The position numbers were made by a program, and so were the translations under genes. Of a DNA stretch of 64,000 bases, positions 56,864 to 64,000 are shown in pieces. The DNA comes from an uncultured Bacilli bacterium (lineage in GTDB: Bacteria > Bacillota_I > Bacilli_A > RF39 > UBA660): the NCBI GenBank assembly GCA_944359055.1, contig CALVSO010000001.1, forward strand, positions 37,460-101,459. Reading direction: 5' to 3'. A model generated the notes under the pieces. That model made no database searches, had not been told where the DNA came from, and saw only the letters and a list, made by a program, of their open reading frames with translations. The stretch's first letter is position 1, and each line of letters begins with the position of its first letter.

Positions 56864-57719
56864 TTTTTATAAATACCTAGAAGGTAAAGGATATTCTCTT
56901 AATACTATATTAAGTTATCAAAAAGATTTAAATCAGTTTAAAGAATATTGTAAAGATATTAAAATTAAAGAAATTGATTATAATTTTATTAGAACATATT
57001 TACAATTTTTACATAATAAAAAATATACTAATAAAAGTATTGCTCGTCATATAAGTAGTTTAAAAAGTTTTTTTAAATATTTGACTAAAACTGAAGTTAT
57101 TAAAGAAAATCCTTGTTTGTTAATTAGTAATCCTAAAATAGAAAAGAAATTACCTAATTATATTAATTATAATGATCTAGAAGTATTATTTAGCATACCT
57201 GACAAAAATGATGTATTAGGTTTAAGAAATTTACTTATTTTAGAGCTTTTATATTCATGTGGAGTACGTGTTAGTGAATTAGTGAATATTAAAATAAGTG
57301 ATATTGATTTTATTAATAATCGCATTCTTATTTTAGGTAAAGGTAATAAAGAAAGATTTGTTTTATATGGTAAAGTATGTAGTGATTTATTGAAAGAGTA
57401 TTTAAATAAAAGTAGAAGTAAATTAAATAAAGATAGCGATTATTTATTATTAAATAAATTTGGTAATAAAATAACTGATCGTGCCATTAGAATGATTATT
57501 GATGATATTGTTAAAAAAAGTAGCTTAAAATTAAATATATCACCCCATACTTTAAGGCATACTTTCGCAACTCATTTATTAAATGAAGGAGCAGATTTAA
57601 AAATTGTTCAGGAGTTATTAGGTCATGAAAATATATCTACTACTGGCATATATACTCATGTTTCTAATGAACATTTAAGAAAGGTATATTTAGATGCTCA
57701 TCCTAGAGCTAGGAGGTAG
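56847..57719 (+). CDS. xerC: Tyrosine recombinase XerC/XerD-type
   Basis: Catalytic R...HxxR...Y box: HTLRHTFATHLLNEGADLKIVQELLGHENISTTGIYTH. N-terminal core-binding domain. Confidence 0.85.
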   Translation: MKELDNFYKYLEGKGYSLNTILSYQKDLNQFKEYCKDIKIKEIDYNFIRTYLQFLHNKKYTNKSIARHISSLKSFFKYLTKTEVIKENPCLLISNPKIEKKLPNYINYNDLEVLFSIPDKNDVLGLRNLLILELLYSCGVRVSELVNIKISDIDFINNRILILGKGNKERFVLYGKVCSDLLKEYLNKSRSKLNKDSDYLLLNKFGNKITDRAIRMIIDDIVKKSSLKLNISPHTLRHTFATHLLNEGADLKIVQELLGHENISTTGIYTHVSNEHLRKVYLDAHPRARR

Positions 57720-57721
57720 TT

Positions 57722-58327
57722 ATGGCAAAATTATATTTTAATTATGGAGCAATGAGTGCAGGTAAAACGATTGAAGTAATTGAAACTGCTTATAAATATA
57801 ATTCGAGAGGCATGAAAGCTTTATTAATTAAACCTTCTATTGATACTAAAGGAAATGATTCAGTTACATCAAGAATTGGTATGTCAAAAGAAGTTGATAT
57901 TGTTTTAAAGCCAGACGATAGTTTAATTGATTATATTAAAAATTATGAAAATTTAACTTGTTTAGTAATTGATGAAGCTCAATTTTTAACAGAAAAACAA
58001 GTTTATGAATTAGTAATTATAACTAAAAACTTTGATATTCCTGCTATATGTTATGGTTTAAAAGTTGATTTTAAAGGTAATTTATTTAAAGGAAGTGAAG
58101 CTTTAATAAGATATGCAGATTCTTTAAATGAATTAGTTGCAATTTGTGATTGTGGTAAAAAAGCAAGATTTAATGCAAGAAAAGTGAATGGGGAATACGT
58201 TTATGATGGAGAACAAGTGTTAATAGGTGCAGATGAATCATATGATCCGTTATGTGAAACTTGTTTTTTGAATAAAGTTTTAATACCTCATTCTAAAGAA
58301 TTTCAAAAAATATTGAAAAGGGGTTAA
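57722..58327 (+). CDS. tdk: Thymidine kinase
   Basis: P-loop YGAMSAGKT and C-terminal zinc-ribbon cysteines (CDCG...CETCF). Confidence 0.9.
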   Translation: MAKLYFNYGAMSAGKTIEVIETAYKYNSRGMKALLIKPSIDTKGNDSVTSRIGMSKEVDIVLKPDDSLIDYIKNYENLTCLVIDEAQFLTEKQVYELVIITKNFDIPAICYGLKVDFKGNLFKGSEALIRYADSLNELVAICDCGKKARFNARKVNGEYVYDGEQVLIGADESYDPLCETCFLNKVLIPHSKEFQKILKRG

Positions 58328-58329
58328 TT

Positions 58330-59970
58330 ATGAAAAAGATTATATTTTTAATTGTTACGTTTTTATTTAGTATTAGTGTTGTATCAGCTAAAAATAATAT
58401 TTATAGTATTGATATAAAAGTTTATTTAGATGAAGAAGGAAATGCTGATATTGAAGAAGTTTGGAATGTTAAAGGATCTGACGGAACTGAATGGTATAAA
58501 GTTTTAAACAATATGGATAATATGGAATTATCTAATTTTAAAGTATATATGGATGGTAATTTGTTAAATTATAAAGAATGGGATGTTGATGAATCATTAA
58601 GTGAGAAAAAAGGGTATTATGGTATTAATAAAACTTATAGTGGATTAGAATTATGTTTTGGTAAGTATGATTATAATAAGCATATATTTAAATTAGAATA
58701 TGAATTAAGTAATTTTATATTTAATACCAATGATGCTCAAGTTATTTATTATAATTTTATAGATAAGTTATCTGATGTAAACTTTGATAGTTTTACATTA
58801 GAAATATCAAGTTTTTATAATTTTCCTGATACATTAGATGTTTGGGGTTACGGATATAAAGGATATGCTTATGTTTATGATGGCAAAATATATATGTCAA
58901 ATGAATCAGATATGGATGGTAATTATGCTGCTTTATTAGCTAAATTTCCTTTAAATACTTTTAATACAACTAATAAAACTAAATATGATTCATTTGAAGA
59001 AGTATATAATATAGCAGAGCAAGGAACTTTTGATTATGATTATTCTAATAATACATTTGGTATTTTAGATTTTATATTTGGAATTTTAAATGTTTTATTA
59101 TGTTTTCTTCCATTTATAATTGTTATTTTAATAGCTCGTGGTACTTTATATGGATATAAAGATAATAAAAAAATAACTAAAAAAAATACACCATTATTTA
59201 GAGATATTCCTTGCAATAAAGATATTTATTATGCTAATGCATTGGCGGGTTTAAATCAATGGTCAAAATCATCTGCAAGTATTTTAGGAGCAATATTATT
59301 AAAATGGATTAGGGAAGATAAAGTTCAAATATTAAAAGAAAAATCTACTAAAATTGTTCTTAATAAAGATATCAAATTAGATATAAAAGAAGAACAAGAT
59401 TTATATGATATGATGTATAAAGCAAGTGGTGATGGAATATTAGAATCCAAAGAGTTAGAAAAATGGGCTAAAAATAATTATAGTAAATATTTAAATTTAT
59501 TTGATAAAATTAAAAATAATAAAATTAGGGAATTAAAAGAACAAGGCCATATTTATAAAAGAACTAATCGCAAAGAATGCAAATATAGAAATGTTATGGA
59601 TGATGTTTTATATGAAGATTCTAAAAAGTTATATGGTTTAAAATTGTTCTTAGAAGAATTTTCATCTATTAACACTAAAGAAGCTATTGAAGTTAAACTA
59701 TGGGATGAATATTTAATGTTTGCTTATATATTTGGTATAGCTGATAAAGTTGCTAAGCAATTTAAAAATTTATATCCTGAATATATTGAAAATTTAGATA
59801 CTGTTGATTTTGATACTGTTATATTTTTGAATACTATATCAACTAGATCAGTATCAGCAGCTTCAACTGCAAGAAGTAGAGCTGAATCATATTCAGCTGG
59901 TGGTGGCGGATTCTCATCAGGTGGCGGAGGAGGAGGTTCCTTCGGCGGCGGTGGCGGAGGAAGCCGTTAA
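58330..59970 (+). CDS. DUF2207-family membrane protein with a Gly-rich C-terminal tail
   Basis: Signal peptide, large extracytoplasmic domain, central TM (ILNVLLCFLPFIIVILIA), cytoplasmic domain and terminal SAGGGGFSSGGGGGGSFGGGGGGSR, as is typical for DUF2207 proteins. Confidence 0.65.
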   Translation: MKKIIFLIVTFLFSISVVSAKNNIYSIDIKVYLDEEGNADIEEVWNVKGSDGTEWYKVLNNMDNMELSNFKVYMDGNLLNYKEWDVDESLSEKKGYYGINKTYSGLELCFGKYDYNKHIFKLEYELSNFIFNTNDAQVIYYNFIDKLSDVNFDSFTLEISSFYNFPDTLDVWGYGYKGYAYVYDGKIYMSNESDMDGNYAALLAKFPLNTFNTTNKTKYDSFEEVYNIAEQGTFDYDYSNNTFGILDFIFGILNVLLCFLPFIIVILIARGTLYGYKDNKKITKKNTPLFRDIPCNKDIYYANALAGLNQWSKSSASILGAILLKWIREDKVQILKEKSTKIVLNKDIKLDIKEEQDLYDMMYKASGDGILESKELEKWAKNNYSKYLNLFDKIKNNKIRELKEQGHIYKRTNRKECKYRNVMDDVLYEDSKKLYGLKLFLEEFSSINTKEAIEVKLWDEYLMFAYIFGIADKVAKQFKNLYPEYIENLDTVDFDTVIFLNTISTRSVSAASTARSRAESYSAGGGGFSSGGGGGGSFGGGGGGSR

Positions 59971-59979
59971 AAAATATGT

Positions 59980-60008
59980 AAAAAGAATAAAATTTTATTC
60001 TTTTTTTA
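59980..60008 (+). terminator. Rho-independent terminator
   Basis: AAAAGAATAAAATTTTATTCTTTTTTTT palindrome with T-run. Confidence 0.5.
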
Positions 60009-60060
60009 ATATATATATGTTATAATTTAAGTGTGTTAGATAATGAGGAGGGCAAGATAT

Positions 60061-62691
60061 ATGACACAATATGTTTATTCTTTTAATGAAGGAAACAAAG
60101 ATATGAGAAATCTATTAGGTGGTAAAGGTGCCAATTTAGCAGAAATGAAAAGTATTGGATTACCTGTTCCTGATGGATTTACAGTTACAACAGAAGCTTG
60201 TAATAAATATTATGATGATGGTGAAAAAATAGCTGATGAAGTTATTGAACAAATTATGACTAAATTAGCTAATTTAGAAAAAACATCAGGTAAAAAAATG
60301 GGTGATTTAAATAAGCCATTATTAGTTTCAGTAAGAAGTGGTGCTAGAGCTAGTATGCCTGGTATGATGGATACTGTACTTAATTTAGGATTAAATGATG
60401 AAGTAGCTAAAAATTTTAGTGAAAAAATAAATAATCCTAGATTTGTTTATGATTCATATAGAAGATTTATTCAAATGTTCGCAGATGTTGTTAAAGGATA
60501 TCCTAAATCTAGTTTTGAAAGAGTGTTAGATGAATTTAAAGAAAATAAAGGTGTTTCATATGATACAGATTTAAATGCTGATGATATGAAAGAGATTACT
60601 AAAAAATTCAAAGATATTTATAAAGATTTAGCTGGCGAAGAATTCCCACAAGATCCTAAAGTTCAATTAATTGAAGCAGTTACTGCTGTATTTAGATCTT
60701 GGAATAATGAAAGAGCTATCATTTATAGAAGAATGAATGATATTCCAGGTAGTTGGGGAACTGCTGTTAATGTTCAAGAAATGGTTTATGGTAATAGTGG
60801 TGATAAATCAGGTACTGGTGTTGCATTCACAAGAAATCCTGCTACTGGAGAAAATAAATTATATGGTGAATATTTGATTAATGCACAAGGAGAAGATGTT
60901 GTTGCAGGTATTAGAACACCACAACCTATTTCAACCTTAAAAGAGGTAATGCCAGATGTTTATAAACAATTTAGTGAAATAGCTAAAACATTAGAAAATC
61001 ATTACAAAGATATGCAAGATATGGAATTTACTATTGAAAATGGTAAACTATTTATGCTACAAACAAGAAATGGTAAGAGAACAGCTCAAGCCGCTTTAAA
61101 AGTTGCTGTTGATTTAGTAAATGAAGGTATGATTACTCCAAAAGAAGCTTTACTAAAAGTTGAACCAAAACAATTAGATCAATTATTACATCCAATGTTT
61201 GATAATGATGCGTTAAAGAAAGCTAAAGTTATTGCTAAAGGATTAGCGGCTTCACCTGGAGCTGGTGCTGGTAAAATTTATTTTACTGCTAGTGATGTAA
61301 GTGAAGCTAAAAAAAGAGGAGAAGAAACTTTATTAGTAAGATTAGAAACTTCACCTGAAGATATTCAAGGTATGAATGATGCTAATGGTATTTTAACTAT
61401 TAGAGGTGGAATGACTTCACATGCTGCTGTTGTTGCTCGTGGTATGGGTAGATGCTGTGTATCTGGATGTGGTGAATTAATTATTGATGAGGAAAACAAA
61501 ACTTTAAAAACTAAAGATGGTTTAGTATTTAAAGAAGGAGATTATTTATCTATCGATGGATCTACTGGTAATGTTTATGGTGAAAATGTTAAAACAGTAG
61601 AAGCAAGTATCAGTGGTGATTTTGAAACATTTATGAAATGGGCTGATGAAACTAGAAAATTAAAAGTTAGAGCTAATGCTGATACTCCAAAAGATGCTAT
61701 TCAAGCTAGAAAGTTTGGTGCTGAAGGAATTGGACTATGTCGTACTGAACACATGTTCTTTGAAACTGACAGAATTTTCAACTTTAGAAGAATGATTTTA
61801 GCTGATACTTTAGAACAAAGAGAAGAAGCCTTAAGTAAAATTTTACCTTATCAAAGAGATGACTTTGAAAAATTATTTGAAGCTATGGAAGGTGATCCAG
61901 TTGTTATTAGATATTTAGATCCACCATTACATGAATTCTTGCCTCATACTAAAGAAGAAATGGAACCATTAGCAAAAAGTTTAAATATCAGCTTAGAAAC
62001 TATTCAAAATAGAATAGATGCTCTAAAAGAATTTAATCCAATGATGGGACATCGTGGTTGTAGATTAGCAATTACTTATCCTGAAATTGCAAGAATGCAA
62101 ACTAGAGCTGTTATTGAAGCTGCTATCAATGTAAATAAAAAAGGAATGAATGTAACTCCTGAAATAATGATACCATTAGTTGGTGACGTTAAAGAATTAG
62201 AATATGTTAAAAAGGTAGTTGTTGAAACAGCAGATAAAATAATTAAAGAAAACAATGTTAAAATGAAATATGAAATTGGTACAATGATTGAAATACCAAG
62301 AGCTGCTTTAACTGCTGATGAAATTGCTAAACAAGCTGAATTCTTTAGCTTTGGAACTAACGATTTAACACAAATGACTTATGGTTTCTCAAGAGATGAT
62401 GCTGGTAAATTCTTAAATGATTATTATGATAAAAAAATATTTGAAAGTGATCCATTTGCTAAATTAGATCAAACTGGTGTTGGTCAATTAGTTGAAATGG
62501 CTGCACGTAAAGGTAAATCTACTAGACCTGATATCACTTTAGGAATTTGTGGTGAACACGGAGGAGAACCATCTAGTGTTGAATTTTGTCATAGAGTTGG
62601 CTTAAATTATGTATCTTGTTCTCCATTTAGAGTGCCAATTGCTAGACTTGCTGCTGCTCAAGCTGCTATCAAGAATGGTGGGCAATTATAA
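60061..62691 (+). CDS. ppdK: Pyruvate, phosphate dikinase
   Basis: GGKGANLAEM ATP-grasp N-terminus, phosphohistidine domain GGMTSHAAVVARGMG, PEP-utilising C-terminal CGEHGGEP. ATG at 60061 follows GGAGGG. Confidence 0.95.
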   Translation: MTQYVYSFNEGNKDMRNLLGGKGANLAEMKSIGLPVPDGFTVTTEACNKYYDDGEKIADEVIEQIMTKLANLEKTSGKKMGDLNKPLLVSVRSGARASMPGMMDTVLNLGLNDEVAKNFSEKINNPRFVYDSYRRFIQMFADVVKGYPKSSFERVLDEFKENKGVSYDTDLNADDMKEITKKFKDIYKDLAGEEFPQDPKVQLIEAVTAVFRSWNNERAIIYRRMNDIPGSWGTAVNVQEMVYGNSGDKSGTGVAFTRNPATGENKLYGEYLINAQGEDVVAGIRTPQPISTLKEVMPDVYKQFSEIAKTLENHYKDMQDMEFTIENGKLFMLQTRNGKRTAQAALKVAVDLVNEGMITPKEALLKVEPKQLDQLLHPMFDNDALKKAKVIAKGLAASPGAGAGKIYFTASDVSEAKKRGEETLLVRLETSPEDIQGMNDANGILTIRGGMTSHAAVVARGMGRCCVSGCGELIIDEENKTLKTKDGLVFKEGDYLSIDGSTGNVYGENVKTVEASISGDFETFMKWADETRKLKVRANADTPKDAIQARKFGAEGIGLCRTEHMFFETDRIFNFRRMILADTLEQREEALSKILPYQRDDFEKLFEAMEGDPVVIRYLDPPLHEFLPHTKEEMEPLAKSLNISLETIQNRIDALKEFNPMMGHRGCRLAITYPEIARMQTRAVIEAAINVNKKGMNVTPEIMIPLVGDVKELEYVKKVVVETADKIIKENNVKMKYEIGTMIEIPRAALTADEIAKQAEFFSFGTNDLTQMTYGFSRDDAGKFLNDYYDKKIFESDPFAKLDQTGVGQLVEMAARKGKSTRPDITLGICGEHGGEPSSVEFCHRVGLNYVSCSPFRVPIARLAAAQAAIKNGGQL

Positions 62692-62758
62692 GAAGTAGAT
62701 AAACCCTTATTTTATAGAGATTTTCTATTGCTTATATAAAGCTTATTTAATAATATAA

Positions 62759-62810
62759 AGACTAAATCTGAATATATAATCGCATATATTCGCTGATTTG
62801 GTCTTTTTTA
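62759..62810 (+). terminator. Rho-independent terminator after ppdK; the GC-content transition point
   Basis: Imperfect inverted repeat AGACTAAATCTGAATAT...ATATTCGCTGATTTGGTCT followed by TTTTTT. Confidence 0.55.
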
Positions 62811-62847
62811 GTGGTATTCTGCGATGAGTATTGGAGGTAATTTATTG

Positions 62848-63324
62848 ATGAAATTGATGTATTCAAGACCAATTTTAAGAGATTTATCGCAAGGCTCAAG
62901 GATAGCTTTTGCAAGGCAGTTTAGAGGTAAGACACAAGATGAGATATCTGGTTTATTAGGCGCTACAGGTGCTAATAGACGTCGTACAATGACTAGATAT
63001 GAGAAGGGTGATAGAAATCCTAATGTAACTAGAACTAAGCTTATTGCTGATTTATTGGGTGTTAGCTATCATGCAATTAAGCAATATGATTACAATGATT
63101 CATTAGACTTTATTTATATCTTACTATGGCTGGAAGAACTATTACCAAATTATCATTTTGATGTTGATGATGTGGTTATTACTGATCGAGATTTTATTGA
63201 TAATGTTAAGATGTTTTTAAAAGAGTGGGACACCATGAGGAAAAGAAGAAGGAATAGAGAGATAAAGTATTCCACATATATAGATTGGAAACTAACTTAT
63301 TTCCAAGGTAGTAAAGATGAGTAA
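62848..63324 (+). CDS. XRE-family helix-turn-helix transcriptional regulator, in a region of distinctly higher GC
   Basis: HTH IAFARQFRGKTQDEISGLLGATGANRRRTMTRYEKGDRNPNVTRTKLIADLLGVS. ATG at 62848 follows TGGAGG. Local GC is about 36-38%, against about 25% elsewhere. Confidence 0.6.
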   Translation: MKLMYSRPILRDLSQGSRIAFARQFRGKTQDEISGLLGATGANRRRTMTRYEKGDRNPNVTRTKLIADLLGVSYHAIKQYDYNDSLDFIYILLWLEELLPNYHFDVDDVVITDRDFIDNVKMFLKEWDTMRKRRRNREIKYSTYIDWKLTYFQGSKDE

Positions 63325-64000
63325 TGCAAAGAAGATTAGGTTAGTTGATATTATGCCATTTAAAGATCATCCATTTAATGTTGAAGTAGATAGTTCATTA
63401 CATGAACTAGCCCAAAGCATTAAGGAAAATGGCTTATTAAATCCTGTTATCGTTAGACCTAGAGACAATAAGTTTGAAATGGTATCAGGACATAGGAGAT
63501 TAAAAGCACTTGAGATTAATGGTGCAGATGAAGTTGATGCTTATATTAAGGAGCTGACTGATGATGATGCTGTAATATTTATGGTTGATTCTAATCTTCA
63601 AAGAGAAAAGTTATTACCTAGTGAAAAAGCATTTGCATACAAAATGAAAATGGATGCCATGAAGCACCAAGGAAAGAAATTAAGTACTTCGGCAACCGAG
63701 TTGCACAAGTCAAGAGATGCTATTGCTAAAGGTGAATCTGGTGAAATGGTTAGGAGATATATTAGGTTAACTTATCTCATACCTGAATTATTGAGGATAG
63801 TAGATAATACTGCCAAGTATAATGATAAGCATAATATTACCATGGGTATTAAGCCTGCTGTAGAGCTTTCATATTTGACTAAAGATGAACAAACATTAGT
63901 TTATTCTACAATGATTTATGATGATTTGAGTCCTTCTCATGCTCAAACAATAAGAATAAGGAAACTAAGTGAGCAAAAGAGGTTGAATGCAGAAGAATTG
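63317..64000 (+). CDS. ParB/Srx-type N-terminal nuclease-domain protein (ParB-like partition/ICE-associated protein); the 3' end lies beyond the window
   Basis: GLLNPVIVRPRDNKFEMVSGHRRLKA is the ParB N-domain GxxRxxA motif region. The ORF is open to the window end. Its start overlaps the preceding gene by 8 nt. Confidence 0.65.
   Translation, partial: MSNAKKIRLVDIMPFKDHPFNVEVDSSLHELAQSIKENGLLNPVIVRPRDNKFEMVSGHRRLKALEINGADEVDAYIKELTDDDAVIFMVDSNLQREKLLPSEKAFAYKMKMDAMKHQGKKLSTSATELHKSRDAIAKGESGEMVRRYIRLTYLIPELLRIVDNTAKYNDKHNITMGIKPAVELSYLTKDEQTLVYSTMIYDDLSPSHAQTIRIRKLSEQKRLNAEEL

Noticed and set aside
59890-59970. GGC/GGT-rich stretch at the end of the DUF2207 gene (local GC spike)
   Set aside because: It encodes the Gly-rich tail (SAGGGGFSSGGGGGGSFGGGGGGSR) characteristic of DUF2207 proteins. 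It is not a foreign insertion or repeat element.
1-64000. Possibility of an alternative genetic code (UGA=Trp, as in Mollicutes), considered because of the extreme AT content and compact SMC
   Set aside because: Long conserved genes (glyA, pyrG, ppdK, topA, smc, rpoC) are intact under the standard code with TAA/TAG/TGA stops at family-typical lengths. Sporulation genes (spoIIGA, sigE) indicate a Firmicute, not a Mollicute.

Overview
This window is from a very AT-rich (roughly 25-27% GC) Gram-positive, apparently endospore-forming Firmicute chromosome that uses the standard genetic code. From 5' to 3' it contains the following. (1) The 3' end of rpoC, convergent with a PgsA-like phosphatidyltransferase gene. 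(2) A two-gene surface module: a secreted SH3b/GH73-like peptidoglycan hydrolase with cadherin-like domains and a C-terminal type-I dockerin, followed by a membrane-anchored protein with a cohesin-like domain. (3) A split, decayed Rpn/YhgA-type PD-(D/E)XK nuclease pseudogene. (4) A polysaccharide (capsule/EPS/teichuronic-like) locus of about 20 kb on the + strand (7.6-27.1 kb), with a divergent TagO/WecA-type initiating transferase upstream. The locus encodes an NAD epimerase, UDP-glucose 6-dehydrogenase, rmlA and rmlB, a DegT aminotransferase, a WbqC-like protein, three ATP-grasp enzymes (one TupA-like, one fused to a HAD domain), GT4 and GT2 glycosyltransferases, an Alg14/Alg13 split transferase pair, the Wzx flippase, a polysaccharide deacetylase and an unusual Wzy-GT4-GT4 tri-domain fusion. 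It also holds a fossil chimeric junction (GT4 5' end fused to epimerase 3' end) and, at its distal end, a truncated phosphoglycosyltransferase remnant. (5) Housekeeping genes: perR-rubrerythrin, glyA, folD, tRNA-Met(CAT), T-box-controlled GluRS-like and ArgRS genes, an M32 carboxypeptidase, mscS, an exonuclease, tcdA, smc (short form), pyrG, def, ftsW, spoIIGA-sigE, a RelQ-type alarmone synthetase followed directly by a standalone HD hydrolase, topA, xerC, tdk, a DUF2207 protein and ppdK. (6) A solitary HEPN-motif protein inserted immediately downstream of the tRNA gene. (7) An orphan prepilin-leader protein with Ig-like (DUF5011-like) domains. (8) In the last ~1.3 kb, an abrupt rise in GC, with an XRE-type HTH gene and a ParB-nuclease-domain gene that look like the edge of a horizontally acquired element. 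No rRNA genes or CRISPR arrays were seen.
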